DNA from: Eledone cirrhosa
Lineage: Eukaryota
DNA: 64,000 bases
Direction of reading: 5' to 3'
Assembly (NCBI GenBank): GCA_964016885.1
Contig: OZ024744.1
Span: 135,718,001-135,782,000, forward strand
The notes beneath the pieces are model-generated. The model searched no databases. It saw only the letters and a list, made by a program, of their open reading frames with translations, and was not told the DNA's origin. The position numbers and the translations under genes are program-made. This document shows positions 13,118 through 27,784 of the stretch, one piece after another. Each line of letters begins with the position of its first letter. Position 1 is the first letter of the stretch.

Positions 13118-16100
13118 ATCATCATCATCATTATCATTTAATGTCTATCTTCCACGCTAGCATGGGTTAGACGGGAATTGTCCCACTTGAGGCAGGATTG
13201 ATCGGGTGACCGTGTCTCGCTCATATAGGACTGTATCTGGCAGGGTTTCTAAGGCTGGATGCCCTTCCTAACACCAACCACATTTCCAGTGTGGACTCGG
13301 AGCCTTTTCGTGATGACACCTACACTACCTCTTTAGGTTGGACTGGATGTTGTGGTACCAACATAACTTTACAGAGACAGGGTGGTGTTGGTGGGAGTGG
13401 GAGGATGGAGTAAGGGTTGTGGGTTGGGTGTATATTTGGTTAGGAGGGGCCTACTGACTGTAGGTTAACTTTGCACATAGGGAAGGCAGGTCTTCTCTGT
13501 TACTGTGTGGTACCATAGATCTCGATCCAGTGACATTGTCTAAGAGAGGTGTAAGTGTGCAAGGTTGGATTTTATGTCATCCCAGGTTTTTCTGGGTCTA
13601 CCTACTCCATAACTTCCATCAATTTTGATCACCCTGCACATTTTTATAAAGCTGTCATCTTTCATGCGCATCACAGGACCATACCAACGTAATATTCTCT
13701 CAAGTAAACAGCATCTGATCCCTCTTATTCCTAATTCTCACTTAGTTCGTTTATGTTTTGCCGTTCATGTATATTACAATTACACATCCAACAGAGCATG
13801 CATGCTTCATTCCTTTCCAATCTGCGCAGGTCCTCTGCACACAATGCAATGTCTTACTGCCATGTAGCATTGCTGTTCGTATGCAGGCATCATACAATCT
13901 GACTTTCATTTTTAGAGAAACTTTTTTGTGTCTAGCAGCGGTATTAGCTCTCTGAGCTTTTCCCCTCCCATTCTAACTCTGGCTACTACACTTTCAGAGC
14001 ACCCTCCACCACTGCTGATTTTATCATCCAGGCAACAGAAAGTGTCCATTATTTCTATAGAACCATCTGGGCAGTAGAAGGTGCTAGTCTCCTGTAGGTA
14101 CTTGCTGCTTATTTCACATCAGCATCGGCCACATATAACATCTACATTCTTAGATAGCTTACCTGTGATCTCACTACATCTTTTATGTACCCATAGTTTG
14201 CATTTGGGACATAGAATGGAATTTCTACCTACTCCTTTCCTACACACAGAGCATGGCACCAGTGCCCTATTTTCTTTTCTACATACTAGACCTTTAGTCT
14301 TAGACAAGTTAACTTTAAGGCCTTTTGATTCAAGGCTATGCCTCCATTTTGGGAATTTCTTGTGTAGTTCAGCCATAGATTTGGCTAGGAGAGTTAGATC
14401 ATCTGAATATAGAAGTTCCCGTGGGCAGCTGGTCTTAAACCCCTCTGTTATAGCTTGAAGGGCAATAATAAACAGGAGGAAGCTAAGGATGGGGCCTTGC
14501 TGAACACCTACTTTTACACTAAATTCTTCACTATGTTCATTGTTAATTCTAACCTTACTGACTATTTCTTTATACATGGCTTGTCTAGCTCTCACAAGCC
14601 ATTCATCTACTCTTACATTTCTAAGGGCCCACCAGATAATGGAGCGGGGGACTCTGTCAAAGGCTTTCTCCAAGTCAACAAAAGTTAAGTATAAGGGGTT
14701 TACTTTTAGCTAGGTACTTCTGTAGTTGCTGAACAAGGAAAATAGCATCTGTGGTACTTTTACCTGGCACGAACCCAAACTACATTTCATCTAGATCTAT
14801 TTGGTCTCTGATTAGTTGTGCTATAACTCTTTCTGTGACCTTCATGACCTGGTCAACTACCTTAATGCCTCTATAGTTTCCCCTATCTAGAGCATCCCCT
14901 TTACCCTTGTAGCAGTTAACGATGATACTTCTATGCCAGTCATCTGGTATGACCCCATTCTGTATTACTTGGTTTACTATCTGGGTGTCCATAGTATGTT
15001 CCACCAATCCAGATGCTTTCAACATCTCAACAACTATCTCCAAATCCCAGCTGCCTTGCCCGTCTTCATATCTTTGATTGCCTTACTTACTATACTACCA
15101 TTAACTTGCACTGCTGGTCCCTCTATTGGATCGATTTGGGGCAGACTATCTTTTTCCCATTTATTCTCCTCATTTAGTAATCTCTTGTAGTGACACTTCC
15201 AAGCTACCTTCTTATCAGTATCAGTGAGGGCAAGTACACCATCATCATTACAGACACACTTCTCCCCAACAATATCACGGTTTTCCTTGACACTTTCTTT
15301 TGCGATCCTGAACACCTTACGTTGTAGAACATGCTTGAACTTTCTATTCTCTGCTTCCCTTCTTGCAGAGTACACTTGTCTCCTAGCTTCTCTCCTGGCC
15401 ACATGATAGTGTTCTCTACTTCCCCCATACTTTCCAAGCCTTCTTTCTGGCCTTGATTGACTCCTCCACCTTACTGTTCCACTTCCAAGTTACTCTCCAC
15501 CTGCCTTTAGGTCTGCTCCAGCCACAGATTTCATCTGTCGCCTGCAGCAGGTTAACTTTCAAGAAGTCCCACTGTTCTCTATATTGCACGTCTCTAATTG
15601 CTCTTCCTTATTGTCAAAGGCATCAATAAGCTTTTAAATTTGTCACTGGCTATGGGGTCCTTCAACTTCCATACTCTTCTCCTCAAGGTAGGCCTCCTCT
15701 GCCGTCGAGTACCTCTATTCCTGACTGTGAGGTAACTAACTACTAGGAGGTGCATTCTTCACGGGGGAGGGATTTAGTGTTTACAACAGACACAGTCACA
15801 CCTTCTAGTAAGGATATAATATATCTGGCTGGCATATTCCCCTGATCTACAGGTGATCAAGTGGTTTTCTCATTTTTGAAGTTTGTGTTACAGATAGTTA
15901 GGTTATTAGTGTCACAAAATTCCAGGATCCTGAAGCCTTCCTCATTTCTAGTACCAAACCCATAGCCTCCATGGATTCCATCATAGCCATCACTATGTTG
16001 TCCAACGTGACCTTTTAGGTCACCAGCAATAATTATGCAGTCACTGAGGTTTATTTGGGAGGAAGTGAACATTAGCAAATCATAGAACCTGTCTTTTATT

Positions 16101-16334
16101 ACGTCAGGTAGACCAGATTGGGGTACATAAGCGGATATTATTGTCATAGTTGTTCTATTTAGAACTAGTCTTATTTTAATTATTCTGTCGTTCACTCTAT
16201 TTATGGCAATTACCTTATCTACCCATTTCTCTGCTAACATAATTCCTACTCCACCCAGCCCTTTGTCATTTCCCACCCAAAGAGGTTTATAGCATTGTTT
16301 TTACCCACACACCCCTCCACCTACTCTCTTGAAC
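13118..16334 (-). mobile_element. Older RTE-clade LINE copy, decayed
   Basis: Fragments GNDKGLGGVGIM, SAYVPQ, EKAFDRVPR, LLYSDD. (ATC)n tail at 13118-13137. Multiple frameshifts and deletions. Confidence 0.93.
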
Positions 16335-17125
16335 ATATAAATACTGTATATATATATATATATGATTTCTATATATATATATATTACATACATACACTAT
16401 ATATAATGTTGGTCAAAGAATGGCTGAAACAGGTTGACACCAATGATGTCACAGCTCATCATTTAATGTCCAATCTGATGAGTTCCACTCCACTTGCTAA
16501 GGTCTGGGATGTTGAGATTTGTTACACAAATATCACTAAAACTAAGATACTGGGTTGGTATAACTACATGGTTTGTATGTGGTGTGGTGTGGAATGATGT
16601 GTCTGTTGTGGTGTGGTATGTGGTGTATTGTGGTGTTTTGATGTGGTGTGTGTGTGCAGAGTGATGTGTTGTTGTGTGTGTGTAGTGTATTGGAGAAATT
16701 TTACAAACAGCACGTAGAAGGGGTGTGTGAGGAGTCTAACCCCTACAACCCTCTCAGGAATGGGTGAAGAAAAAGAGAAGAAAATTGTAAAGTATTTTCA
16801 AATGTAAATTATTTTTTAAAAAGTCATAATTTGAATTCTCATGAAAGTACCATCAACAAATATTAAAGTTATAGAATTGTTTTTATTTACACATAAATGT
16901 AGATATTTTGTCACAAATATGAATATAAAACAGTTAAGGTTTATAAAATAAACACATTGATCTTGTTGTTTTTTTTATGATGTAGTTATAAGGGTGCCAC
17001 TGTGGACATTTGAAGCTTGGTGGAGCTTTCACTCACCAGGTTTGAACAGTTGATTTCTTCCAGAGAAGGAGAGAGAATGAGAGAGAGGAAGTGAGAAAGA
17101 AATATGGAGAGGAAGAACAGACCCC

Positions 17126-17435
17126 AGTGGTAGACTGGTACTTTTTTGTTATCAACCTTGAATGGATGAAAGGCAAAGTTGACCTCAGCAGGATTTAAAC
17201 CCAGAGCAGAGAACCAGAACAAATATGGCAGAAAGCATTCCATCCATTGTTTTATAGACTTTAAATAACTGTTTCTACTTTTAACTCAACCCCAGTGCAT
17301 TACTGGTACTTTATTTTACTGAACCTCTGAGGAAGAAGAGTAAAGCTAACCTCAGCAGGATTTTAATACAGAATGTAACTTTATGACACAAAGCATATCG
17401 TCTGACACTCTACTGATTCTGCCAATCCACCACCC
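17126..17435 (-). mobile_element. Two adjacent decayed SINE copies
   Basis: Two segments each with ctggtac...gatgaaagg/gtaaag...cctcagcaggattt. The second ends in gccaatccaccacc (SINE 5' end). Confidence 0.6.
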
Positions 17436-17947
17436 TCAACAATGAAATGAGGAGTCTCTATAAGAAACCTTAATGCCAAATAATATGAAGTAGAACTTCA
17501 TGAAGTAGAACTTCATTGTGGATTACAATACAAAACATCTGAGAATGATTTTCAACATATTTCACCATAATAAATGTTCATCAATATATCTTATTATTAT
17601 TATCATTTATTAGGTCAGGTGGATTGGCCAGAACAATTCTACACTTCTTTTTTAGATGTCATGATCTTCCATGGCATTCCTGAGGTCATTAATCTCCAGC
17701 TGGACATCCTGTGACATCTGATCTATGTAGGTCAATCTCAGTCATCCCACTAGGGTCTTACTATGTTTAGGTATCTACCACAGGAGGCAGCTCATCAGGT
17801 CATCCTATCCTCAGTAGCAATATATATATTTATATATGTATATATATACACACACAGACAAACACACATATATATATTTATTTTCTTCTTTCCAGAGTGT
17901 GTCTGTATATTTGTGTGTTTCACATTTCACAGTGATAGGGTTTATCA

Positions 17948-18199
17948 CTAGTGTTGACTACATTTGTGAACAACCAGCGAAGAATTCCATGTGAAAGATT
18001 TCCCACATATTTCACAATGGAAGGGTTTCTCTCCAGTGTGACTCCGTATGTGGATGACAAGATTAGAATTATAAGTGAAAGATTTCCCACATATTTCACA
18101 GTGGAAGGGTTTTTCTCCAGTGTGTATTTTCTCGTGTGAGGATAGTTTCAGTTTTGAAGAGAAAGTTTTCCTGCAAATCTCACAGCTATATTCAGACAT
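17948..18199 (-). CDS. C2H2 zinc-finger protein, 3 fingers (possibly truncated or pseudogenic)
   Basis: CxxC-x12-HxxxH repeats with TGEKPF linkers. A decayed finger follows the stop codon. Confidence 0.75.
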   Translation of the reverse strand: MSEYSCEICRKTFSSKLKLSSHEKIHTGEKPFHCEICGKSFTYNSNLVIHIRSHTGEKPFHCEICGKSFTWNSSLVVHKCSQH

Positions 18200-18448
18200 A
18201 TTTCTAGCTAGTGATCTTTACATAAAGGATTCTCACCACTTCTACTGATACATTAAGATATGTAGATATGGTTAATATATGCCATGTAGTCTAATATACA
18301 GAGTGTCCATAAAAGACTGCAGAACTCTGCTTTCTTCTTCTACAAAGTTGTAATGTAGCATTTAGTTGGTACAAGTAATAAGACATATGTCAGTGTAAGA
18401 CTGATCTTGGATGAAGAAAAGGCAAGTGCTTATATATATATATATATA

Positions 18449-18632
18449 TCATTATCATCACCGTTTTAGGTCCGTTCTTCCACGCTAGCATGGGTTAGAT
18501 GTGTTGTACTGTTGTGGGCAGTGTCTGGTCAGCTGACCTTGTCTTGCTCATACGGGAACTGATTCTGGCTTGATTTCTACAGCTGGATGCCCTTCCTAAC
18601 ACCAACCTCATTTACAGTGAGTGCTGGGTGCT
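18449..18632 (-). mobile_element. RTE-type 3' tail fragment
   Basis: cttccacgctagcatgggttaga...ctggatgcccttcctaacacc matches the RTE 3'UTR. Confidence 0.7.
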
Positions 18633-19087
18633 TTATATATATAAGTGATTATTGTGGAGTATACCACTATTTTTTTTGCTCAGGTGAGAGAAGCTCTATT
18701 CACAATAACATCCTCAGCTCATAAAACAGATGAATAAGACTTATATAGTTAAGGTTCTTGTTATTGAGGACAGTTCAGGTCAGAAGAAAATTAATATACA
18801 TAATTTCAAAAGATGAAGGTTAATATATATACACATATATATATATATACAGACATACAGTGTGTACGTATGAGAGAGAGAAATAGACGTGTGTATAGAA
18901 ATATGTGTGTACGTGTTGTAATAAGTCAAGATATTTCACTTCAGATACTAGAAAAGTTCACAATGTTTGTGTTGTGATGGAAAATGAAATAATACGTACT
19001 TTAGTTGTCAAATAAAGTCAAGAAAATTTAGTAAAAACTAATTATTCACTGATTTCTGATTAAAAAAACATTTTCCTGTCCTGTAAA

Positions 19088-19380
19088 ATGATCAGATGGC
19101 AGAAGTTGGGCAGTCTGGTGTTTCTTGTTATGTAATTCTACCAGAATCTCTTCGGGAGCCTTCGAGATGTTGGTCCAGGCAGTGTTGATCTGGTTCTCTA
19201 TCAGTGTGGGTGTAATTCCAGTGACGTCCGAGTAGAGACTGTCATAGTTGAGATGTTGGTGGGCTCGGTTGTTGTAGGCCTCTCTGGTAATAACACTCTT
19301 TTCCCTTGTCCGATGAGAGGTATACAAGGTTCTTAGATCTGAGGTTAACTTAGGGTAGCGAGTTGTGGTCTGGAGAGGTT
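19088..19380 (-). pseudogene. Penelope-like element ORF fragment (pre-RT region)
   Basis: ...SVITREAYNNRAHQHLNYDSLY... plus frameshifted TRLPNF(C)HL, resembling PLE pre-RT motifs. Absent from the paralogous unit at ~27095. Confidence 0.55.
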
Positions 19381-19660
19381 GTGGTGAGTATGGGTGTGTT
19401 TTTGTAGGATCTCGAGAATAAACTCTCACAGTTAAAACTAACATCCTACAAAACACACACATACTCCCCACAACCTCTCCAGAGGTGAAAGCAGTGATTC
19501 TTTGCTTAAACTTTAATCTGTTCTTATAATATATATATAAACAAGTGGAAAGATATATACATATATCTTTTCACTTGGTTATATATTTAGAGAGAGAAAG
19601 AGCCAAATATTGTATAAGGTATATGATATATGGGTCTTTCTCTCTCTCTCTATATATATA

Positions 19661-20430
<770 letters not shown>

Positions 20431-20520
20431 TAGATAAAGTCTATTGAGCCTCCTTATTGAGAAACACAAACATATTTGATGTGTTATATACTCAAATAAT
20501 GAATCAAAACACATCAAATA

Positions 20521-20701
20521 TGGATTGGCAGTATCGGTAGAGGGTCGGACTTTATGCTTTGATGCATTGAGTTACGGCCCTTTCCATTCTGAGTTCAAAT
20601 CCCGCCGAGGTCAACTTTGCCTTTCATCCTTACGGGGTCGATAAAATAAAGTACCAGTAATGTACTGGTGCTATTGCTGGCCTTGTGCCAAAAGTAGAAA
20701 C

Positions 20702-20707
<6 letters not shown>
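20521..20707 (+). mobile_element. tRNA-derived SINE
   Basis: A-box-like TGGCAGTATCGG, B-box GAGTTCAAATCC, core gcctttcatccttacggggtcgataaaataaagtacc. Confidence 0.9.
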
Positions 20708-20739
<32 letters not shown>

Positions 20740-21339
20740 CTCCGGAAAACCATAACTGTTGAGTGCTTCCAATCTATTGTAAAACTCATTCTTTGATTTA
20801 TTCATTGAACGTTGTTTAACCTTTAAATATATATATATATACACACATATATATGCCATTATAGTTTATTGTCACGGCAGGAAAACCTTTAATTATAAGT
20901 TTACTTGACCATACCAACCTGGGACTTAATTTAAGCCAGGCGGTGTTGTCTCCCTTAGCACTAATCACTGAATTAATATCCAGTAACGTCTGCTTTTCTT
21001 CTAGGTTTAGTTAAGCCTTTATCATTAACGTTACTCTATATTTACTATTATATTTTCCCAGTAAACATAATTATCTCACAAAATATTGAATCTATGAGAT
21101 TTTGATATTATTTATTTTGGGAACAATACCTTAACATCAGCATGAGCGGCTTGTTAGGGCCAGTTAGAACAGAAAATGTCGGAGAATTCTGGCCAGATAC
21201 GGACGGTTTAAATAAATGATTTAATAAATAACAGCTCTATTGAAACACTACTGTGTTGTTCTGAGATGATTTCAGTAGAATTTCAAATGGTAGAAGGACA
21301 AATATATTCTACATTTACTTTAATATAGATTTAAACAAA

Positions 21340-21830
21340 GATGGTAGAATGACAGAATTGGTGGAGTGTCAGATAACCTACCATTGCAGTATTTGTCCTG
21401 GTTTTTAATATTCTGAGTTCAAATCCCACTGAGGTAAATTTTATATTTTATTCTTCTAGGCTGGATAAAATATATTATATGTACTACGGTTGATTTAATA
21501 AACTTTGCCCTTCCCCCAAAATTGCTGGTCTTGAACCTAATTTACAAATAAATAGAGATTTAACAAGTTTGTGCTTCAAATTTCTCAAAACATTTTTATT
21601 TAGTGTGGCTAGTGCAGTAAATTGGCAGTAATCGGTAGAGCACCAGACAACAAGCTTTGCATCATATAGTTATGTCCTGTTACATTCTGAGTTCAAATCA
21701 TGTGGAGGGTAGCTTTCCCTTTCATCCATACGGGGTTGATAAAATAAAGTACCAGTAATACACTGAGGTTGATTTAACTTTCCCCACCCCTAATATTATT
21801 GGGCCTGTGCCTACATCAAATACCATTATT
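21340..21830 (+). mobile_element. Two older SINE copies (~21340-21550, ~21621-21830)
   Basis: ttctgagttcaaatc B-boxes with decayed cores. Confidence 0.65.
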
Positions 21831-22789
21831 TACTGTGTCTAACAACACTCAGTAACCTATACTATCACTACCCCAATGATACCATCCAAGACAGTGTCTC
21901 AAAATTCTCTCTGGCTTGCAGAAACCCAGGTACCAGTTGCCTCATGCTCCTGGCTAAGGACAGAATGGAGAAAGGGTTAACCTGGAGGATAGTGAGGGAG
22001 ATGTGTTGAAGTAGCCATTAAAACCTCTGGGGCCTCACAAGTTTTAAAAACAACAAAGTTCAATAGAATTTTAAACATTTCAAATACCAATGAAGTGTTT
22101 GTGTTTGATTTCTTCTAACTACTTTCAAGATATCATTACTTATGGTGTTCTTAACAGATATTTAGATGGGAAAATAACAAAAATATGGAATCACAGACTG
22201 GACAAATTCCTCAAATGTAACTCTTTACTTAACACAAATAGATTGAATTTCAGGAGATAAATATAGTTTATTTAATATGTTATGAAAACCTAATAAATGA
22301 TTTACGCTAAAAAGACAGAATATAAAAAGCAGGAAAAGACATATACACTCCTTCAATTAAATGTGTAAGAAATTGAACTAGGAACAGTTATTTGTAAATT
22401 TCTATTTCAACACAATAAAGCCCAATAAGCTGTAGAAATGTGGAACTGGAGAACTGTTGATCTGGAGAAATGTTGAACTGAAGAACTGTAAAACTGTAGA
22501 ACTGATGAACTGAAGAAATGTTGAACTGTTGAACTGAAGAACTAAAGTGAGGATGTAACAACAACAGAAATAATTGTGTACTCCAGTAGCTGTAAGGCTG
22601 TACTTCAAACCTGTTGGATAAAATTGTGTACCCCAGTTTAGCTGAAGTATAATAGGCCAAAATATGAGCACACTTGAAACACATAATTGTGATATGATTG
22701 GCTGTCATTAAATAATTGAACCATAACGCAGCACTTGTTAAATGACATACAATATGAGTTCAATATGTGATAATGTTGGTGCTGCTTTG

Positions 22790-23085
22790 TAATATTTCTG
22801 AGACAAGACACTGACAGCATTAATTCAGGTGATAGAGGGTCCCTCAATTACACAGCACAACAGGGAATGTTGGTGTTGACCTCTAACATATCTGAGACAA
22901 GATACAGCATTAGTTCAGGTGATAGAGGGTCCCTCAATCACACATTACAACAGGGAATGTTGGTGTTGACCTCTAACATATCTGAGACAAGATACAGCAT
23001 TAGTTCAGGTGATAGAGACAAGACATATCATTACCTCAGATGATAGAGGGTCCCTCAATTACACATTACAACACAGAATTTTAGC
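22790..23085. repeat. ~90-bp tandem repeat, ~3 copies
   Basis: tctgagacaagatacagcattagttcaggtgatagag at 22891 and 22981, a variant at 22797 and a partial fourth unit. Confidence 0.85.
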
Positions 23086-23310
23086 TGTTACACACAAAGA
23101 AAAAAAGAAAAAGAATTTTGCAATTATATCATTAAAAATGACTTTAGGAAGACAAAAGTTAGACATGGAAAGGATTTTAATTCCAGTTAAAAACATATTT
23201 AAGAAATTGTGTCTGTAGAAGTGTTATGGTTACATTTTTGAAGTTGGTGGACAATAAGTTTAGACTGGTAAAAGGAAGGGTATCTCAGGGTTCACAGTTA
23301 AATAGTTTTA

Positions 23311-23530
23311 TCCCCAGTGTGTGTGTTTCTAAGTTACTGTTAGTCACAAAATATTTCCCACATGTTTCACTGGGGAAGGTCCTTTTTCTGCAGTCTGACT
23401 ATGTGGTCAACACGAGTAGAATTCTGAATAAAAGATGTCCAACATGTTTCACACTGGAAGTTTCTTTCCTCCAGTCTGAAGACATATATGTTTATTAAGT
23501 ACCAAACTATCTGTAAAAGATTTCTCACAT
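23311..23530 (-). pseudogene. Degenerate C2H2 zinc-finger relic
   Basis: Minus strand retains actggagga/aaga, gtgaaacatgtgggaaat and cacacactgggg finger/linker codons, with frameshifts. Confidence 0.6.
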
Positions 23531-24397
23531 GAAATGAAATATTTAATCATGTAGCAACACCTATCTTGAAACATGTAGCTCACTCTATGTTATCTACACA
23601 ATATTAACTTTCACTTTAACAGGAGATAATTACTACATAAAATATAATTAGATTAATTAATTAAGATGGCAGGTACGTGGTGTCGTTGACAGTGTTTCCT
23701 TTTCCTGATGGTGACATGACTTAAAAGTCCCCTACATAATTTAATACATTCAGAAACAACTTCAGTTATATCAATTCACACTTTCAATCAATAAGCTAAT
23801 CTTTATTCAGATTTGTGTAAATAACATTCGGAATTTTATATAACTGTTCATATTAAACCAAAATACATTATTAAAGGTAATAAAATATTTAAGAAATGGA
23901 AACGAAAAGAAGAAAAAGGAATCAAGCAATGTCACTAATGGTAGAGGGACAGACACTATATTCCAGTCTGAGCTGTGATTCAGCCTCACCCTACAGAAAC
24001 TATGTTTGGAAGGAAACCAGAGTAGAGGATGACCAAGAAAGTCAGGGGCAAATGTTGTGAGAGCCGAACTCAAAACGCTAAAACTGGAAGAGATGAAGGA
24101 ACGCATCTAGTGGAGAGATGCCATGCTGAGAAGGACCTGTACAACTGTTGCAAGCATGGAATAGTAGATATAAGGATGATACACAAAATATACACTATAC
24201 ATATAAATATGTATATAGTATATGTGCTACATTTACACAATATATACACTATATATAAATACTGCATATATAGAGTATATGCTACATATAGACGATATAT
24301 AAACTATATATATATATACTACATACACATTATATATAATGTTGTCCAAGGGAATAGCTGAAACAGCTTGGCACCAATGACATCATAGATCATTATT

Positions 24398-24443
24398 TAA
24401 AGACCTGTCCCACCCTTGCTAGCAAGGGTGGGACAGGTCTTTA
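24398..24443. repeat. Perfect 46-bp palindrome derived from a LINE 3' tail
   Basis: taaagacctgtcccacccttgct|agcaagggtgggacaggtcttta. The arm resembles ggacccgtcccacccttgc at 55752-55770. Confidence 0.85.
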
Positions 24444-25147
24444 CAAACCAGGGGGTAGTGGTTATTCTACATTCTACTGAGTGTATTTTATTGTGGCACC
24501 AGTACTAAAGAGGTTGTCATGTCTTTGACAGAACTGAAGGGTCCTACCAAACCTTTGTTTGGCAAGAGAAGAAAGTTGTAAAGTATTTTCAAATGTGAAT
24601 TATTTCTAAAAAAAAGTCATAATTTCAACTGTCATGAAAGTACCATCAACAAATATTAAAGTTATAAAATTGTTTTTATTTACACATAAATGTGGATATT
24701 TTGTCATAAATATAAACATAAACCAGTTAGTGTTTGTAAAATAACACATATAAACACATCAATCTTGTTTGTTTTTCTTATATTGATGGAGTCATAGGGG
24801 TGTCACTGTGGACATTTGAAGCTTGGTGGAGCCCTTCACTCACCAGGTTGGAACAGGTGATTTCTTCCAGAGAAGGAGAATAATAAATGTTCATCAATAT
24901 ATATATATATTATTTCGTGGCATTCTTGAGATCATTAATCCCCAGCTGAACATCCCTAGACATCTGATCTATGTAGGACATTTTCAGTCATCCCACTAGG
25001 GTCTTACTATGTTTAGGTATCCACCACAGGAGCCAGCTCATCAGGGCATCCATTCTTCGGTAGGAATGTCTGGTATGTCTTGTCCTCGGCTCCCTAGTTA
25101 TTGTAGTAATCTTCAATATATGGCAGTATGTTTCTTGTTTGATTGAG

Positions 25148-25189
<42 letters not shown>

Positions 25190-25192
<3 letters not shown>

Positions 25193-25698
25193 GATGCGTA
25201 TGAAGGATGACAGCTGCATTAACAGGTGCAGAGTTCTAAAAGTCGATGTAAGCCATGGAGTGGGAAGAACCAGGAAGACCTGAGATGAGGTGATAAAAGC
25301 TGACCTTGCCCAATTGTGCCTCTCAAATACAATGACACAGGACCGTGACCTCTGATGTCAGTCGGTAATACAGAAGACCCGACTTCACACGGGTACAAGC
25401 CGAAGCTGAAGCATATAGACAATATCTCCCCATCCCTACCCACTGCAAAAATGGTCATGGAGATATCACAACAAAAAAATCACCCAGCCCACACTGTAAA
25501 GTAGTCGTGTAGATACCATGGTAAAAAAAGCACCCACCACTCACTGTAAATGAGGTTTTGTGTTAGGAAGGGCATCCAGCTGTAGAAATCAAGCCAAAAT
25601 CAGTTCCCTGACCTGGCATTGCCCACAACAGGACAACCCGTCTAACTTATGCTAGTGTGGAAGAATGGAGGGAAAACCGTGATGATGATGATGATGAT
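25190..25698 (+). mobile_element. RTE-type 3' fragment with (GAT)n tail
   Basis: atgcgtatgaaggatgacagctg... and tgttaggaagggcatccagctgtagaa, followed by a GAT tail. Confidence 0.75.
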
Positions 25699-25808
25699 AA
25701 GTATAAGATAAGGATTTTTCAAGCTTCACATTTCATATACTTCAGTCCAGAGTGTGTCTGTATATTTGTGTGTTTCACATTTCAGAGTGATGGGGTTTAT
25801 CGCAAGTG

Positions 25809-26390
25809 TTAACTACGTAGGTGAACAACCAGTGAAGAATTCTGAGAGAAAGATTTCCCACATATTTCACATGAATAAGGTTTTTCCCAAGTGTGTTTTC
25901 TTTTGTGACATACAAGATTAGAACTATTAGAAAAAGATTTCCCACATATTTCACAATGGAAGGGTTTTTCACCCGTGTGTGTTCTTTTGTGAACTACAAG
26001 TGTAGAATTACTAGAGAAAGATTTCCCACATATGTCACATGAAAAAGGCCTTTCTCCTGTGTGTATTCTTTTGTGCTGTACAAGAATAGAATTACTAGAA
26101 AAAGATTTCCCACATATTTCACACGAATAAGGTTTTTCACCAGTATGTATTCTTTTGTGATATACAAGATGAGAACTATTAGAAAAAAATTTCCCACATA
26201 TTTCACATGAATAAGGTTTTTCTCCTGTGTGTGTTCTTATATGCCTTTTTAAATCACTATTCCAGACAAAAGACTTCCCACATATTTCACAATGGAAGGG
26301 TTTTTCTCCTGTGTGTATTTTCTCGTGTGAGGATAGTTTCAGTTTTGAAGAGAAAGTTTTCCTACAAATTTCACAGCTATATTCAGACAT
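25809..26390 (-). CDS. C2H2 zinc-finger protein, 6 complete fingers plus 1 truncated
   Basis: 193-aa ORF with TGEKP linkers. The first 41 aa are identical to the 17948-18199 paralog. The last finger is cut by TAA where the paralog has CAA. Confidence 0.85.
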   Translation of the reverse strand: MSEYSCEICRKTFSSKLKLSSHEKIHTGEKPFHCEICGKSFVWNSDLKRHIRTHTGEKPYSCEICGKFFSNSSHLVYHKRIHTGEKPYSCEICGKSFSSNSILVQHKRIHTGERPFSCDICGKSFSSNSTLVVHKRTHTGEKPFHCEICGKSFSNSSNLVCHKRKHTWEKPYSCEICGKSFSQNSSLVVHLRS

Positions 26391-27360
26391 ATTTCTAGCT
26401 AGTGATCTTTACATAAAGGAGTCTCACCACTTTTACTTATATATTAAGAAATGTAGGTATCGTTAATAGATGCCATGTATTCTAATATACAAAGGGTCCA
26501 TAAAAGACTGCAGAAGTCCGCTTTCTTCTTCTACAAAGTTGTAATGTAACATTTAGTTGGTAAAGTAATAAGACATATGTCAGTGTAAGACTGATCTTGG
26601 ATGAAGAAAAGGCAAGTGCTTATATATATATATGTGTGTGTGTGTGTGATTATTATGGAATATTCCACTATTATTATTGTTAAGGTGAGAGAAGCTCTAT
26701 TCACAATAAAATCCTCAGTTCATAAAACAGACGAATAAGACTTCTATAGTTAAGGTTCTTGTTATTGAGGACAGTTCAGGTGACAAGAGAATTAATACCC
26801 ATAATTTCAAAAGACGAAGGTTAATATATATACATATATATATATACAGACATGCAGTGTGTAGGTATGAGAGAGAGAAATAGACGTGTGTGTGTGTAGA
26901 AATATGTGTGTAGGTGTTGTAATAAATCAAGATATTTCACTTCAGATAGAAAAGTTCACAATGTTTGTGTTGTGGTGGAAAACGAAATAATAAGTACTTT
27001 AGTTGTCAAGACCAAATATAAAGTCAAGAAAAGTTAGTAAAAACTAAATGTTCACTGATTTCTGATTAAAATAATATTTTCCGGTCCTGTAAAATGTTGA
27101 ACAACCCCTTCAATATTTAATAATACAGGTGATAAAACAACAACTATAAGGTAAATAAGTCACCTTATGTTATTTACAAACATTAACGTCCACCTTAATA
27201 TGAAATAATCACCATAAAAGATGAAATTAGATGAGGTTTAAGTTGTAACAATGGAGCAGATATAAATGGTAATATTTCACCGTCTAGTTGACACCGGTGT
27301 CATGACTTAATAGTCCCCTACATAATTTAATACATTCAGAAACAACTTCCGTTATATGAA

Positions 27361-27503
27361 CTAGCAGAAAACCACCCGAAGGTAGCATGTGTAGTGTGTA
27401 TATTGATATTATACGCAGGTATATATGATACATGTATATATATACCTGCGTATAATATCAATATACACACTACCCATGCTACCTTTGGGTGGTTTTCTGC
27501 TAG
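27361..27503. mobile_element. Palindrome of two Helitron-like 3' ends, at the edge of an insertion (~27361-28178) absent from the paralogous site ~23770
   Basis: ctagcagaaaaccacccg...gggtggttttctgctag. The same terminus occurs at 51298-51335. Confidence 0.65.
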
Positions 27504-27593
27504 CATGTGTAGTGTGTATATTGATATTATACTCAAGTATATATATATACATGTAGATATGATACATCAAATATAATCATAATTTACAATATA

Positions 27594-27784
27594 TAATTGT
27601 TTCAACGTTAGGCACAAGGCCAGTAATTTAACCAGTGTATTACTGGTACTTTATTTTATCGACCCCGTAAGGATGAAAGGCAAAGTTAACCTCAGCGGGA
27701 TTTGAACTCAGAATGGCAAGGGCCGTAACTCTATGCGTCAAAGCATGGCGTCCGACCCTCTACCAATACTGCCAATCCACCGCC
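27594..27784 (-). mobile_element. tRNA-derived SINE, near full length
   Basis: Reverse complement starts ggcggtggattggcagtattggtagag, with B-box and core present. Confidence 0.9.

Larger units (their letters stand above)
16760..19090. repeat. Segmental duplication unit around the ZNF gene (paralog ~24570-27095)
   Basis: Collinear matches such as 16785/24575 (ttgtaaagtattttcaaatg), 17570/24885, 18180-18440/26370-26620 and 18665-19088/26680-27095. Confidence 0.9.

Noticed and set aside
3915-16334. Apparent shared 5'-truncation point of two RTE copies at YKLFWVGND
   Set aside because: The minus-strand copy actually extends to ~16334 with an internal deletion, so the endpoints differ.
20521-20600. 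tRNA gene (A/B boxes)
   Set aside because: There is no cloverleaf. The boxes are the head of a SINE repeated many times in the window.
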